64,000 nt of DNA from Squalus acanthias (GCA_030390025.1 JASTWF010000329.1:62001-126000); one strand, 5' to 3'; counted from the first letter of the stretch, positions 12,301 through 24,951 are shown. Numbers and translations are program-made. The notes: generated by a model from the sequence alone, not told the origin.

Positions 12301-14705
12301 TCTCAGTATGAACAGGTGGGGTGTGTTTTGAGACAGGGTGTCCCCGCTCTCCTCCTCTTTCCCCGGGGTGTGTCCACACTCTGGGCCTTGGGCCTTGCCC
12401 GGGGATTCTCAGTATGAACAGGTGGGGTGTGTTTTGAGACAGGGTGTCTCCGCTCTCCTCCTCTTTTCCCCGGGGTGTGTCCACACTCTGGGCCTTGGGC
12501 CTTGCCCGGGGATTCTCAGTATGAACAGGTGGGGTGTGTTTTGAGACAGGGTGTCTCCGCTCTCCTCCTCCTTTTCCCCGGGGTGTGTCCACACTCTGGG
12601 CCTTGGGCCTTGCCCGGGGATTCTCAGTATGAACAGGTGGGGTGTGTTTTGAGACAGGGTGTCTCCGCTCTCCTCCTCTTTTCCCCGGGGTGTGTCCACA
12701 CTCTGGGCCTTGGGCCTTGCCTGGGGATTCTCAGTATGAACAGGTGGGGTGTGTTTTGAGACAGGGTGTCCCCGCTCTCCTCCTCTTTTCCCCGGGGTAT
12801 GTCCACACTCTGGGCCTTGGGCCTTGCCCGGGGATTCTCAGTATGAACAGGTGGGGTGTGTGTTGAGACAGGGTGTCTCCGCTCTCCTCCTCCTTTTCCC
12901 CGGGGTGTGTCCACACTCTGGGCCTTGGGCCTTGGGCCTTGCCTGGGGATTCTCAGTATGAACAGGTGGGGTGTGTTTTGAGACAGGGTGTCCCCGCTCT
13001 CCTCCTCTTTTCCCCGGGGTGTGTCCACACTCTGGGCCTTGCCTGGGGATTCTCAGTATGAACAGGTGGGGTGTGTTTTGAGACAGGGTGTCCCCGCTCT
13101 CCTCCTCTTTTCCCCGGGGTGTGTCCACACTCTGGGCCTTGGGCCTTGCCTGGGGATACTCAGTATGAACAGGTGGGGTGTGTGTTGAGACAGGGTGTCC
13201 CCGCTCTCCTCCTCTTTTCCCCGGGGTGTGTCCACACTCTGGGCCTTGGGCCTTGCCTGGGGATTCTCAGTATGAACAGGTGGGGTGTGTTTTGAGACAG
13301 GGTGTCCCCGCTCTCCTCCTCTTTCCCCCGGGGTGTGTCCACACTCTGGCCTTGGGCCTTGCCCGGGGATTCTCAGTATGAACAGGTGGGGTGTGTTTTG
13401 AGACAGGGTGTCCCCGCTCTCCTCCTCTTTCCCCGGGGTGTGTCCACACTCTGGGCCTTGGGCCTTGCCTGGGGATTCTCAGTATGAACAGGTGGGGTGT
13501 GTGTTGAGACAGGGTGTCTCCGCTCTCCTCCTCTTTTCCCCCGGGGTGTGTCCACACTCTGGGCCTTGGGCCTTGCCCGGGGATTCTCAGTATGAACAGG
13601 TGGGGTGTGTTTTGAGACAGGGTGTCCCCGCTCTCCTCCTCTTTTCCCCCGGGGTGTGTCCACACTCTGGGCCTTGGCCTGCCGGGATTCTCAGTATGAA
13701 CAGGTGGGGTGTGTTTTGAGACAGGGTGTCCCCGCTCTCCTCCTCTTTCCCCGGGGTGTGTCCACACTCTGGGCCTTGGGCCTTGCCCGGGGATTCTCAG
13801 TATGAACAGGTGGGGTGTGTTTTGAGACAGGGTGTCCCCGCTCTCCTCCTCTTTTCCCCCGGGGTGTGTCCACACTCTGGGCCTTGGGCCTTTCCCGGGG
13901 ATTCTCAGTATGAACAGGTGGGGTGTGTTTTGAGACAGGGTGTCTCCGCTCTCCTCCTCTTTTCCCCGGGGTGTGTCCACACTCTGGGCCTTGGGCCTTG
14001 CCCGGGGATTCTCAGTATGAACAGGTGGGGTGTGTTTTGAGACAGGGTGTCTCCGCTCTCCTCCTCTTTTCCCCGGGGTGTGTCCACACTCTGGGCCTTG
14101 GGCCTTGCCCGGGGATTCTCAGTATGAACAGGTGGGGTGTGTTTTGAGACAGGGTGTCTCCGCTCTCCTCCTCTTTTCCCCGGGGTGTGTCCACACTCTG
14201 GGCCTTGGGCCTTGCCCGGGGATTCTCAGTATGAACAGGTGGGGTGTGTTTTGAGACAGGGTGTCCCCGCTCTCCTCCTCTTTTCCCCGGGGTGTGTCCA
14301 CACTCTGGGCCTTGGGCCTTGCCCGGGGATTCTCAGTATGAACAGGTGGGGTGTGTTTTGAGACAGGGTGTCCCCGCTCTCCTCCTCTTTTCCCCGAGGT
14401 GTGTCCACACTCTGGGCCTTGGGCCTTGCCCGGGGATTCTCAGTATGAACAGGTGGGGTGTGTTTTGAGACAGGGTGTCCCCGCTCTCCTCCTCTTTTCC
14501 CCGGGGTGTGTCCACACTCTGGGCCTTGGGCCTTGCCCGGGGATTCTCAGTATGAACAGGTGGGGTGTGTTTTGAGACAGGGTGTCCCCGCTCTCCTCCT
14601 CTTTTCCCCGAGGTGTGTCCACACTCTGGGCCTTGGGCCTTGCCCGGGGATTCTCAGTATGAACAGGTGGGGTGTGTTTGGAGACAGGGTGTCTCCGCTC
14701 TCCAC
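9322..14705 (+). repeat. ~107-bp GC-rich minisatellite (~50 units)
   Basis: Unit ccccggggtgtgtccacactctgggccttgggccttgcccggggattctcagtatgaacaggtggggtgtgttttgagacagggtgtccccgctctcctcctctttt; ORF-track hits recur at 107-bp spacing. Confidence 0.98.
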
Positions 14706-15309
14706 CTTTAAAGGGACAAGGAGACGACCAGCTTGGCTGAATGGCCCTGCTTTATGACATCACTGCAGTGCCCAGCAACCAACCTCCCTGAGCCCTGCTC
14801 ATTATGGGTTGGGTTTAGCTCAGTGCTGTTACAGGAAGGGAAACAGGAGCATGATTCGCCCCGTGTGGAGCCCAGGATTAATGGGGAGAGGTACAGGATC
14901 AATTTATACCTTATTGAGTGAGAAATGTCATTGTCCCGGACACTCCCTGTCCCTCGGTATCTGTGTCGGGTAGCGGGTGATGGGTTTACTCTGTATCTAA
15001 CCCGTGCTGTACCCGACTGGAGAGTGTTTGATGCTGACACTAGGGGCTCAGCTCCATGAGCACAACATTTAACCCAAAGATGATCTGATAAACCCATCAG
15101 CTTCTCCCCTGGACACTGGTCCTGAGCGACACGGAGTGTCTCTGATATTTTGGTCGGGGTCCTTGAACAAGTTTAAACACCTCGCTCACATCTCTTACCC
15201 TGCTTTGTTCGAGTGAGAAGTGCCCCAGTTTCTCTCGTCTCTCCTCCTGGGAAAGAGAAGTTCGCCTCAGTTCAAAACTCAAACAGACGCTTCACTGCAG
15301 ACAGGTCAT

Positions 15310-15550
15310 CATGAGGAAACATTTCTTTACCCAGCGAGTTATGATGATCTGAAATGCACTGCCTGAAAGGGCGGTGGAAGCAGATTCAAGAGTAACTTTC
15401 AAAAGAGAATTGGATAAATATTTGAAGGGAAAACATTTACCGGGATATGGGGAAAGAGCAAGGGAGTGGGACTAATTGGATCGTTCTCCCAAAGAGCTGG
15501 CACAAGCATGATGGGCCGAATGGCCACCTTTTGTGCAGTTTTATTCTATG
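15310..15550 (+). mobile_element. CR1 3' end fragment
   Basis: MRKHFFTQRV-like coding end followed by atgggccgaatggcc...ttctatga 3' UTR. Confidence 0.8.
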
Positions 15551-17213
15551 AGAGGGTCCAATGAGAGGGAGGAACTGAATGAATCAGTATTTGTAGGGAA
15601 ATGGTGTTAGGGAAGTTGACGGGATTGAATGCCGATAAATCCCCAGGGCCTGATAATCTACATCCTAGGGTACTTAAGGAAATGACCCTAGAAATAGTAG
15701 ATGCATTGCTGGTCATCTACCAAAATTCTATAGACTCTGGAACAGTTCCCATGGATTGGAGGATAGCTAATGTAACCCCACTATTTAAAAAAGGTGGTAG
15801 AGAGAAAACGGGGAATGATAGGCCGGTAAGCCTGACATCGGTAGTGGGGAAAATGCTAGAGTCCATTATAAAAGATGTAATAGCAGAGCACTTGGAAAAC
15901 AGTGACAGGATCGGACAAAGTCAACATGGATTTACAAAAGGTAAATCGTGCTTGACTAATCTACTGGAATTTTTTGAGGATGTAACTGGTAGAATTGATA
16001 AGGGAGAACCAGTGGATGTGGTGTATTTGGATTTCAGAAGGCTTTCAACAAGGTCCCGCATAAGAGATTAGCGTGCAAAGTTAAAGCACATGGGATTGGG
16101 GGCAAGGTATTGACTTGGATAGAGAACTGGTTGTCAGACAGGAAGCAAAGAGTTGGAATAAACAGGTCTTTTTCCGAGTGGCAGGCAGTGACTAGTGGGG
16201 TACCGCAGGGATCAGTGCTAGGACCACAGCTATTCACAATATATATTAATGATCTAGACAAGGGAACTAGATGTAATATCTCCAAGTCTGCAGACGACAC
16301 AAAGCTGGGTGGGCGTGTGTGCTGTGAGGAGGATGCAGAGAAACTCCAGTATGATTTGGACAGGTTGGGTGATTGGGCAGATGCATGGCAGATGCAGTAT
16401 AACGTGGATAAATGCAAGGTTATCCACTTTGGTGGCAAAAACAGGAAGACAGATTATTAACTGAACAGCAATAGATTGGGAAAAGGGGAAGTGCAACGAG
16501 ACCTGGGTGTCCTTGTGCACCAGTCGCTGAAGGTAAGCATGCAGGTGCAGCAGGCAGTTAAGAAGGCAAATGGTATGTTGGCCTTCATAGCGAGAGGATT
16601 CGAGTACAGGAGCAAGGATGTCTTGCTGCAGTTGTGAAGGCCTTAGTGAGACCACACTTTGAGTATTGTGTGCAGTTTTGGTCGCCTTATCTGAGGAAGG
16701 ATGTTCTTGCCATGGAGAGAGTGCAGCGAAGATTCACCAGACTGATACCTGGGATGGCAGGAATGACGTATGAAGAGAGATTGGGTCGATTAGGCTTATA
16801 TTCGCTAGAGTTTCGAAGAATGAGAGGGGATCTCATTGAAACTTATAAAATTCTAACAGGACTAGACAGACTAGATGCAGGAAGGATGTTCCCGATGGCG
16901 GGGGAGTCCAGAACCAGGGCTCACAGTCTAAGGATAAGGGGTAAGCCATTTAGGACTGAGATGAGGAGGAATTTCTTCACTCAGAGAGTGGTGAACCTGT
17001 GGAATTCTCTACCACACAAGGCAGTTGAGGCCAATTCATTAAATATATTCAAGAAGGAGATAGATATATTTCTTAAGGCTAAAGGGATCAAGGGATATGG
17101 GGAGAAAGCAGGGACAGGGTACTGAATTTGGATGATCAGCCATGATCTCATTAAATGGCGGAGCAGGCTCGAGGGGCCGAATGGCCCACTCCTGCTCCTA
17201 TCTTCTATGTTTC
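15551..17213 (+). mobile_element. 5'-truncated CR1 LINE, RT domain with frameshifts and stops
   Basis: ORFs 15601-16071, 16110-16460 (GVPQGSVLGP, SADDTK) and 16634-17125; 3' end ggccgaatggcc...ttctatgtttct. Confidence 0.95.
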
Positions 17214-17800
17214 TCTGATTCTCTGATAACTAAAGCCTCTCATCTGTGGTATAACCTCAGTGAATCGATTCTGTGGCCCCGACATCCTTCCTAGTGGAAG
17301 ATGCCCAAAACTTGTTCTAACTGCAGCCGAACCGATGGTTTTGTTTTCTACGCCCCATTTATAAAAAACCTCGGGTAACATTTTTAAACCACTTTATAAA
17401 CTTGTCCTCCAACTTTTAAAGATTTGTGTATCTGATCTCCCTGTAGATTTTAGAGATATTAACATAACATGGCTAAAATACATTGACATCGAATGTCTGA
17501 TATAATGTGTATTGTGGGAGAGAGAAGTTTAGTCTGAGTTAGAAACTCAAACAGGCCTTTCACTGCAGACAGGTCGCCATGGCAACACTGGTAAGACAAT
17601 CCATTCACTGAATCGACATGTTGGAGTCTGTAATCAGATCAGGGGAAAGAACAGGTTCTGTCTGTTACTAACCACAATATCAGCTTAAACCAGAGTGAGT
17701 AATAGAATAGATCAGATTATAATGTGTGATGTTTATATGTGTAATTGTGAAACTATAAGAGATGACATCATTAACAGCAGGGGGCCATTTAGTGATAGAG

Positions 17801-17901
17801 AAATAAAAACAGAAAATGCTGGAGATACTCAGCAGGTCAGGCAGCATCTGTGAAGAGAGAAACAGAGTTAACGTTTCAGGTCGATGACCTTTCGTCAGAA
17901 C
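17801..17901 (-). mobile_element. Solo PLE family B terminal fragment with hammerhead motif
   Basis: Matches 46040-46134; minus strand reads gtt-CTGACGA-a-aggtc-atc-gacct-GAAA-cgtt-aac. Confidence 0.8.
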
Positions 17902-17954
17902 ATTGTGACAGAGAACATTACTGAAGAAAAGTAACTGCTGGGAACCACTGCACA

Positions 17955-18525
17955 GGGTGTTAGTGAGACCACACCTGGAGTACTGCGGACAGTTTCACTC
18001 TCCTTATTGAAGGAGGGATACACTTGCATTGGAGGCAGTTCAGAGAAGCTTCACGAGGTTGATTCTTCAGTTGAAGGGGTTGTCTTATGAGGAAAGGTTG
18101 AGCAGGTTGGGCCGATACTCATTGGCGTTTAGAAGAATGAGGTGATCTTATTGAAACATAAGATTCTGAAGGGGCTTGACAGGGTAGATGCAGGGAGCAT
18201 GTTTCCCCTCATGGGGGAATCTAGAATGAGGGGGCATAGTTTCAGAATAAGGGGTCACCAATTTAAAACGGAGATGAGGAGGAATTTCTTCTCTGAGGGT
18301 CGTGAATCTGTGGAATTCTCTACCCCAGAGAGCTGTGGAGGCTGGGTCATTGAATATATTCAAGGTGGAGATAGACAGATTTTTGAAAAACAGGGGAGTC
18401 AAGGGTTATGGGGAGCGGGCAGGAAAGTGGAGTTGAGGCCAAGATCAGATCAGCCGTGATTTCATTGAATGGTGGAGCAGACTCGAGGGGCCGAATGGCC
18501 GACTCCAGCTCCTGTTTCTTATGCA
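17955..18525 (+). mobile_element. CR1 LINE 3' fragment
   Basis: LVRPHLEYC...KILKGLDRVDAGSMFPLMGESRMRGHS...EMRRNFF plus CR1 3' UTR. Confidence 0.9.
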
Positions 18526-18608
18526 CCAGGGAAAGTGTCCTTGTAAATCACAGATCAGGGAATTTCCAGCTGTTTTTTCCTCGATTCCTGCCAAAACCCA
18601 GCAGAGAA

Positions 18609-19703
18609 GAACATAGGAAATAAGAAATAAGAGCAGGAGTAGGCCATACGGCCCCTCGAGCCTGCTCCGCCATTCAATAAGATCATGGCTGATCATCGAC
18701 CTCAACTCCACTTTCCCGCCCCATATCCATATCCCTTGATTCCCCTAGAGTCCAAAAATCTATCTATCTCAGCCTGGAATATACTCAAAGACTGAACATT
18801 CACAGCCCTCTGGGGCAGAGAATTCCAAAGATTCACAACCCTCTGAGTGAAGAAATTCCTCCTCATCTCAGTCTTAAATGGCCGTCCCCTTATCCTGAGA
18901 CTATGCCCCCTAGTTCTAGACACTCCAGCCAGGGAAACAACCTCTCAGCATTGACCCTGTCAATCCCCTTCAGAATCTTGTATGTTTCAATGAGATCACC
19001 TCTCATTCTTCTAAACTCCAGAGAGTATAGGCCCATTCTACACAATCTCTCATCATAGGACAGCCCTCTCATCCCAGGAATCAATCTAGTGAACCTTCGT
19101 TGCACTGCCTCCAAGGCATGTATATCCTTCCTTAGATAAGGAGACCAAAACTGTGCACAGTACTCCAGGTGTGGTCTCACCAAGGCCCTGTACAATTGTA
19201 GCAAGACTTCCTTACTCTTATACTCCAACCCCTTGCAATAAAGGCCAACATGCCATTTGCCTTCCTTATTGCTTGCTGTACCTGCATGCTAGCTTTCTGT
19301 GTTTCTTGCACAAGGACACCCAAATCTCTCTGAACACCAACATTTGAAAGTTTCTCACCATTTAAAAAAAATTCTGTTTTTCTATTCTTCCTACCAAAGT
19401 GAATAACCTCACATTTCCCTACATTATACTCCATCTGCCACCTTACTGCCCACTCACTTAGTCTATCTATATCCCTTTGCAGACTCTTTGTGTTCTCCTC
19501 ACAGCTTACTGTCCCACCTAGCTTTGTATCATCAGCAAACTTGGATACATTACACTCGGTCCCTTCATCTAGCTCATTGATACAGATTGTAAATAGCTGA
19601 GGCCCCAACACTGATCCTTGCGGCACCCCACTAGTTACAGCCTGCCAACCTGAAAAAGATCCGTTTATCCCCACTCTCTGTTTTCTGTCCATTAACCAAT
19701 CCT
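18609..19703 (-). mobile_element. CR1 LINE fragment, 5' end abutting satellite
   Basis: ORFs 19177-19722 (GVPQGSVLGP, FADDTK), 18890-19228 and 18702-18923, frameshifted. Confidence 0.95.
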
Positions 19704-21390
19704 CCCAGGGCAGGTACAGCACGGGTTCATTACAGAGTAAAGCTCCCTCTATACTGTCCCATCAAACACTCCCAGGGCAGGTACAGCACAGGTTAGATAC
19801 AGAGTAAAGCCCCCTCTACACTGTCCCATCAAACACTCCCAGGGCAGGTACAGCACAGGTTAGATACAGAGTAAAGCCCCCTCTACACTGTCCCATCAAA
19901 CACTCCCAGGGCAGGTACAGCACAGGTTAGATACAGAGTAAAGCTCCCTCTACACTGTCCCATCAAACACTCCCAGGGCAGGTACAGCACGGGTCAGATA
20001 CAGAGTAAAGCTCCCTCTACACTGTCCCATCAAACACTCCCAGGGCAGGTACAGCACAGGTTAGATACAGAGTAAAGCCCCCTCTACACTGTCCCATCAA
20101 ACACTCCCAGGGCAGGTACAGCACAGGTTAGATACAGAGTAAAGCTCCCTCTACACTGTCCCATCAAACACTCCCAGGGCAGGTACAGCACGGGTCAGAT
20201 ACAGAGAAAAGCCCTCTCTACACTATCCCATCAAACAGTCCCAGGTCAGATACAGCACGGGTTAGATACAGCGTAAAACTCCCTCTACACTGTCCCATCA
20301 AACACTCCCAGGGCAGTTTAGCACGGGTTAGATACAGAGTAAAGCTCCCTCTACATTGTCCCATGAAACACTCCCAGGGCAGGTACAGCACGGGTTAGAT
20401 ACAGAGTAAAGCTCCCTCTACACTGTCTCATCAAACACTACCAGGGCAGGTACAGCACAGGTTAGAGACAGAGTAAAGCTCCCTCTACATTGTCCCATCA
20501 AACACTCCCAGGGCAGGTACAGCACGGGTTAGATACAGAGTAAAGCTCCCTCTGCACTGTCCCATCAAAAACTCCCAGGGCAGGTATAGCACGGGTTAGA
20601 TACAGAGTAAAGCTCCCTCTACACTGTCCCGTCAAACACTCCCAGGGCAGGTACAGCACGGGTTAGATACAGAGTAAAGCTTACTCTGCACTGTCCTATC
20701 AAACACTCCCAGGGCAGGTACAGCACGGGTCAGATACAGAGAAAAGCCCTCTCTACACTATCCATCAAACAGTCCCAGGTCAGATACAGCACGGGTTAGA
20801 TACAGCGTAAAACTCCCTCAACACTGTCTCATCAAACACTACCAGGGCAGGTACAGCACAGGTTAGAGACAGAGTAACGCTCCCTCTACACTGTCCCATC
20901 AAACACTCCCAGGGCAGGTACAGCACGGGTTAGATACAGAGTAAAGCTCCCTCTACACTGTCCCATCAAACACTCCCAGGGCAGGTACAGCACGGGTTAG
21001 ATACAGAGTAAAGCTCCCTCTACACTGTCCAATCAAACACTCCCAGGGCAGGTACAGCACAGGTTAGATACAGAGTAAAACTCCCTCTACACTGTCCCAT
21101 CAAACACTCCCAGGGCAGGTACAGCACGGGTTAGATACAGAGTAAAACTCCCTCTACACTGTCCATCAAACACTCCCAGGGCAGGTACAGCACGGGTTAG
21201 ATACAGAGTAAAGCTCCCTCTACACTGTCCATCAAACACTCCCAGGGCAGGTACAGCACGGGTTAGATACAGAGTAAAGCTCCCTCTACACTGTCCCATC
21301 AAACACTCCCAGGGCAGGTACAGCACGGGTTAGAGACAGAGTAAAGCTCCCTCTACACTGTCCCATCAAACTCTCACAGGGCAGGTACAC
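19703..21390 (-). repeat. 67-bp satellite array (~25 units), reverse orientation
   Basis: Reverse complement of the 67-bp unit, downstream of ZNF-A2. Confidence 0.98.
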
Positions 21391-21764
21391 GGACATGTTA
21401 CCGATACCTTCGCTTGATACCAAGCACTCTGGAAGGTTTGGGGAGCTGGGGCTTGAGCACGAAAGTAACTAAAGATATGAAAACTGAAATAATCTTGATT
21501 TAGAAAAGAGAAAAGGCCCAAAAATGGAGCAGTCATTAACAGGACATCAATTAGTCTCCTCTTATCTTGGAGAAATCAAGGATTCGACCCACGGTGTGTT
21601 CGAAACAAAGTTAATCTATTTGACAGATATCAAAATATTAATCTCCAGCCCAGTTAGAGCGGTTATTAACATCAGCAGAAACAAACTCGAACTGTCAGAA
21701 TGAACGTGGTTCAGTCCTGGATGAGTTTAACAGCAGCAATAACAGCAGAATCTAAGCCCTGCAG

Positions 21765-22355
21765 TCACTTGTGAACTCGCTGGTGTTCCAGCAGGTCGGA
21801 TGACCGAGTGAATCCCTTCCCACACTCAGAGCAGGTGAACGGCCTCTCCCCAGTGTGAACTCGCTGGTGTGTCAGCAGCTGGGATGACTGAGTGAATCCC
21901 TTCCCACACTCAGAGCAGGTGAATGGCCTCTCCCCAGTGTGAACTCGCTGGTGTGTCAGCAGCTGGGATGGCTGAGTGAAACCCTTCCCACACTCAGAGC
22001 AGGTGAACGGCCACTCCCCAGTGTGAACTCGCTGGTGTGTCAGAAGATCCCTTGTGCTTTTAAAGCTCTTCTCACACTCAGAACATTTAAAAGGTCTCTT
22101 ATCAGTGTGAACGCGTTGGTGTGAAGTGAGGCTGGAGGAGTTAGTGAATCCCTTCCCACACACAGAGCAGGTGAACGGCCTCTCCCCAGTGTGAAGTCGC
22201 TGGTGTGTCAGCAGGTGGGATGAACGAGTGAATCTGTTCCCACACACAGAGCAGGTGAACAGTCTCTCCCCAGTGTGACTGCGTTGATGAGCTTCCAGCT
22301 GGGATGGGTAATTGAATCCCTGCCCACAGTCCCCACATTTCCACGGTTTCTCCGT
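21765..22355 (-). CDS. ZNF-A2: open frame of 7 C2H2 fingers (196 codons) starting at an ACG; coding status uncertain
   Basis: Uninterrupted frame (T)EKPWKCGDC...HQRVHK-stop; no ATG; upstream in-frame TGA at 22392-22394 and 22551-22553; upstream ATG 22598; acceptor at 22719/22720. Confidence 0.55.
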   Translation of the reverse strand, partial: TEKPWKCGDCGQGFNYPSQLEAHQRSHTGERLFTCSVCGNRFTRSSHLLTHQRLHTGERPFTCSVCGKGFTNSSSLTSHQRVHTDKRPFKCSECEKSFKSTRDLLTHQRVHTGEWPFTCSECGKGFTQPSQLLTHQRVHTGERPFTCSECGKGFTQSSQLLTHQRVHTGERPFTCSECGKGFTRSSDLLEHQRVHK

Positions 22356-22876
22356 GGTGCGGGTGTCCTTGTGTCTCTCCAGGTTGGATGATCAGTTGAA
22401 GCCTCGTCCACACACAGAACACGTGTACGGTTTCTCCCCGCTGTGAACGGTGCGATGTTTTTTCAGGCTGTGTAACTGGTTAAAGCTCTTTCCACAGTCA
22501 GTGCACTGGAACACTCTCACTCGGGTGTGTGTGTCTCGGTGCTTTTCCAGTCACACTGATTTTTGAAATCTTTTCCCACAGACAAAACAGACAAACATTT
22601 CTCCTTCCACATTCAAAGGCCGATGATATTCAGGTCCTGATGAATGGAGTGACTCTGTCAGATCTTCAAATGATGTTTGGTTTGAGTTTCCTGTCTGTCA
22701 ATCCTCCCCTTCTCACAGCCTGTCAAAGGAGTTTACAAAAGACATCACTGAGTAGAGGATAGAAATTCAGAACAGACAATTCTAGTTTCTATGGAACATT
22801 CTTTCCTCTCTTGTTCCCCCAAAGCTGTAAATCTCCATCCCACACACTCTCCCTCCTCCCTGTGCTGAAATCCAAA

Positions 22877-22982
22877 ATTGAGAGGTCCCACAACACCAGG
22901 TTATAGTCCAACAGTTTTATTTGAAATCACAAGCTCTCAATTTTGTCCACCCCAGTCCAACACCGGCATCTCCGCATCATGA
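22877..22982. mobile_element. 106-bp PLE family A terminal insertion with internal inversion and 12-bp TSD
   Basis: ctgaaatccaaa at 22865-22876 and 22983-22994; single copy at the paralogous site ~35223-35234; contents match the 40083-40180 terminus. Confidence 0.9.
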
Positions 22983-23017
22983 CTGAAATCCAAACCCATC
23001 GCACCATCTCCAACACA

Positions 23018-23121
23018 CTGAAGGTGCTGACTCTGGCTGGGTTCAGTTCGACACTCACTGGTTCCCCTCCCTCTCCTCCCCTGAAGGTGCTGACTCTGGC
23101 TGGGTTCAGTTCACTCACTGG
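23018..23121 (-). repeat. 63-bp repeat, only 2 units (ZNF-A2)
   Basis: Reverse complement of the unit at 1394-1918. Confidence 0.9.
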
Positions 23122-23129
23122 GACCCTGA

Positions 23130-23530
23130 AGCCCCGCCCACTATAGCCCCCTTTACAAAGATGGCCGCGATTATCAAGTTGGTGTAAAGACCCCCCCCCC
23201 ATTGTCCTTTACAAAGATGGCTACCGTTAATCTGGGCCTGTTCCCGGGAAAAAGCCCCGGAGCTGCAAACGCGGAACCTCTAGGTTCTCATTCCAGGCTT
23301 GCGGCCCACACTAGATGTTTATGAAACCCACCCGCCGTGTGTGTTTCGTCCCTGCGCCCCGCTGATACGTAATCGGCGCAAAAACCTCTTCTCCCGACTC
23401 TGACCGCCACCAGTTCTCGCCCGGCCTTGATCACAGTCACACTGCGCATGCTCCACCCACAGCCGGCGCTGCGCCTGCGCGCTGGATTCCTCCCCCCCCC
23501 CAACAGGCGGCGCTGCGCCTGCGCGCTGGT
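23130..23530 (-). promoter_or_regulatory. CpG-rich promoter of ZNF-A2
   Basis: GC box gccccgccca 23131; YY1-like aagatggccgc ~23158 and aagatggct ~23214; NRF1-like tgcgcatgct and tgcgcctgcgc 23443-23524; homologous to 1030-1350. Confidence 0.65.
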
Positions 23531-23740
23531 CTCCTTTTCCTCCTTTCCCGGATTGTCTCGCCAGGGCAGGCGGTCGCTCAATCCGCCTGCACACACCCAA
23601 CACCGGGCGCTCTGTCCGCACTGCCATCGCTGCTCTCTGCTTCCCTGTGCAAAGGCCGCTGATATTCAGGACCTGAGCAATCAAAGCAAAGTTGGAGCCC
23701 ATGGAATAAAAGGGACAGCATGGGTGTGAGATTGGCCGAG

Positions 23741-24025
23741 AAAGAAAGACTTGCATTTATATAGCGCCTTTCACCACCACAGCCAATGAAGTACTTTTGG
23801 AGAGTAGTCACTGATGTAATGTGGGAAACGCGGCAGCCGATTTGCGGACAGCAAGCTCCCAGAAACAGCAATGTGATAATGACCAGATAATCTGTGTTTG
23901 TTATGTTGATTGAGGGATAAATATTGGCCAGGACACGGGGGAATAACTCCCCTACTCTTCATCGAAATAGTGCCTTGGGATCTTTTACGTCCACCTGAGA
24001 GAGCAGACAGGGCCTCACTTTAACG
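23741..24025 (-). mobile_element. DeuSINE-like SINE fragment (AmnSINE1/SacSINE1 type)
   Basis: Minus strand ggtggacgtaaaagatccc...gtgtcctggccaatatttatccctcaatc...gaaaggcgctatataaatgcaagtctttc resembles the Deu domain plus tail, recognised from memory. Confidence 0.75.
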
Positions 24026-24640
24026 GGCTGGAGGAAGGTACGCCGTGATGTTCCCCAGGGCTCGGTACGTGGACCACTGCTTTTCTTGATATATATTAAT
24101 GACTTGGACTTGGGTGTACAGGGCACGATTTCAAAATTTGCAGATGACACAAAACTTGGAAGTATAGTGAACAGTGAGGAGGATAGTGATAGACTTCAAG
24201 AGGACAGAGACAGGCTGGTGAAATGGGCGGACACGTGGCAGGTGAAATTTAACGCAGAAAAGTGCGAAGTCATACATTTTGGTAGAAAGACTGAGAGGAA
24301 ATATAAAATAAAGGGTACAATCCTAAAGGGGGTGCATGAACAGAGAGACCTAGGGGTATATGTGCACAAATCATTGAAGGTGGCAGAGCAGGTTGAGAAA
24401 GGGATGAGAGACTTCAGTTGCGTGGATAGACTGGAGAAACTCGGATTGTTCTCCTTGGAGCACAGAAGATTGAGAGGAGATTAGATAGAGGGGTTCAAAA
24501 TCATAAGGGGTCTGGACAGAGTAGATAGATTGAAACAATTTTTTTACAGGGCTTGACAGGGTAGATGCAGGGAGGATATTTCCCCTGGCTGGGGAGTCGA
24601 GAACCAGGGGTCACAGTCTCAGAATAAGGGGTCGGATATT

Positions 24641-24951
24641 TCACAGAATCCCCACAGTGCAGATAGAGGCCATTTCGGCCCATCGAGCCTGCACCGACAC
24701 ATATCCCACCCTATCCCCGTAACCCCACATATTTAATCCCCCTAACACTAAGGGTCAATTTATCATAGCCAAATCAACCTAACCCGCACATCTTTGGACT
24801 GTGGGAGGAAACCGGAGCACCCGGAGGAAACCCACGCAGACACGGGGAGAATGTGCAAACTCCACACAGACAGTCAGCCGAGGCCGGATTCGAACCCGGG
24901 TCCCTGGCGCTGTGAGGCAACAGTGCTAACCACTATGCCACCGTGTTGCCC
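24641..24951 (-). mobile_element. tRNA-derived V-SINE (HE1-like), near full length
   Basis: Minus strand head gggcaacacggtggcatagtggttagc (A box) ...ggttcgaatcc (B box); V-domain gtgggtttcctccgggtgctccggtttcctccc; CR1-like tail gatgggccgaaatggcct. Confidence 0.9.

Noticed and set aside
9230..14760. Dozens of short overlapping ORFs, and a superficially CRISPR-like array
   Set aside because: Translations of a 107-bp tandem repeat. There are no unique spacers and no cas genes, and the context is vertebrate.
24880..24951. Possible tRNA gene (A and B boxes)
   Set aside because: It is the tRNA-derived head of a V-SINE, continuous with the SINE body.
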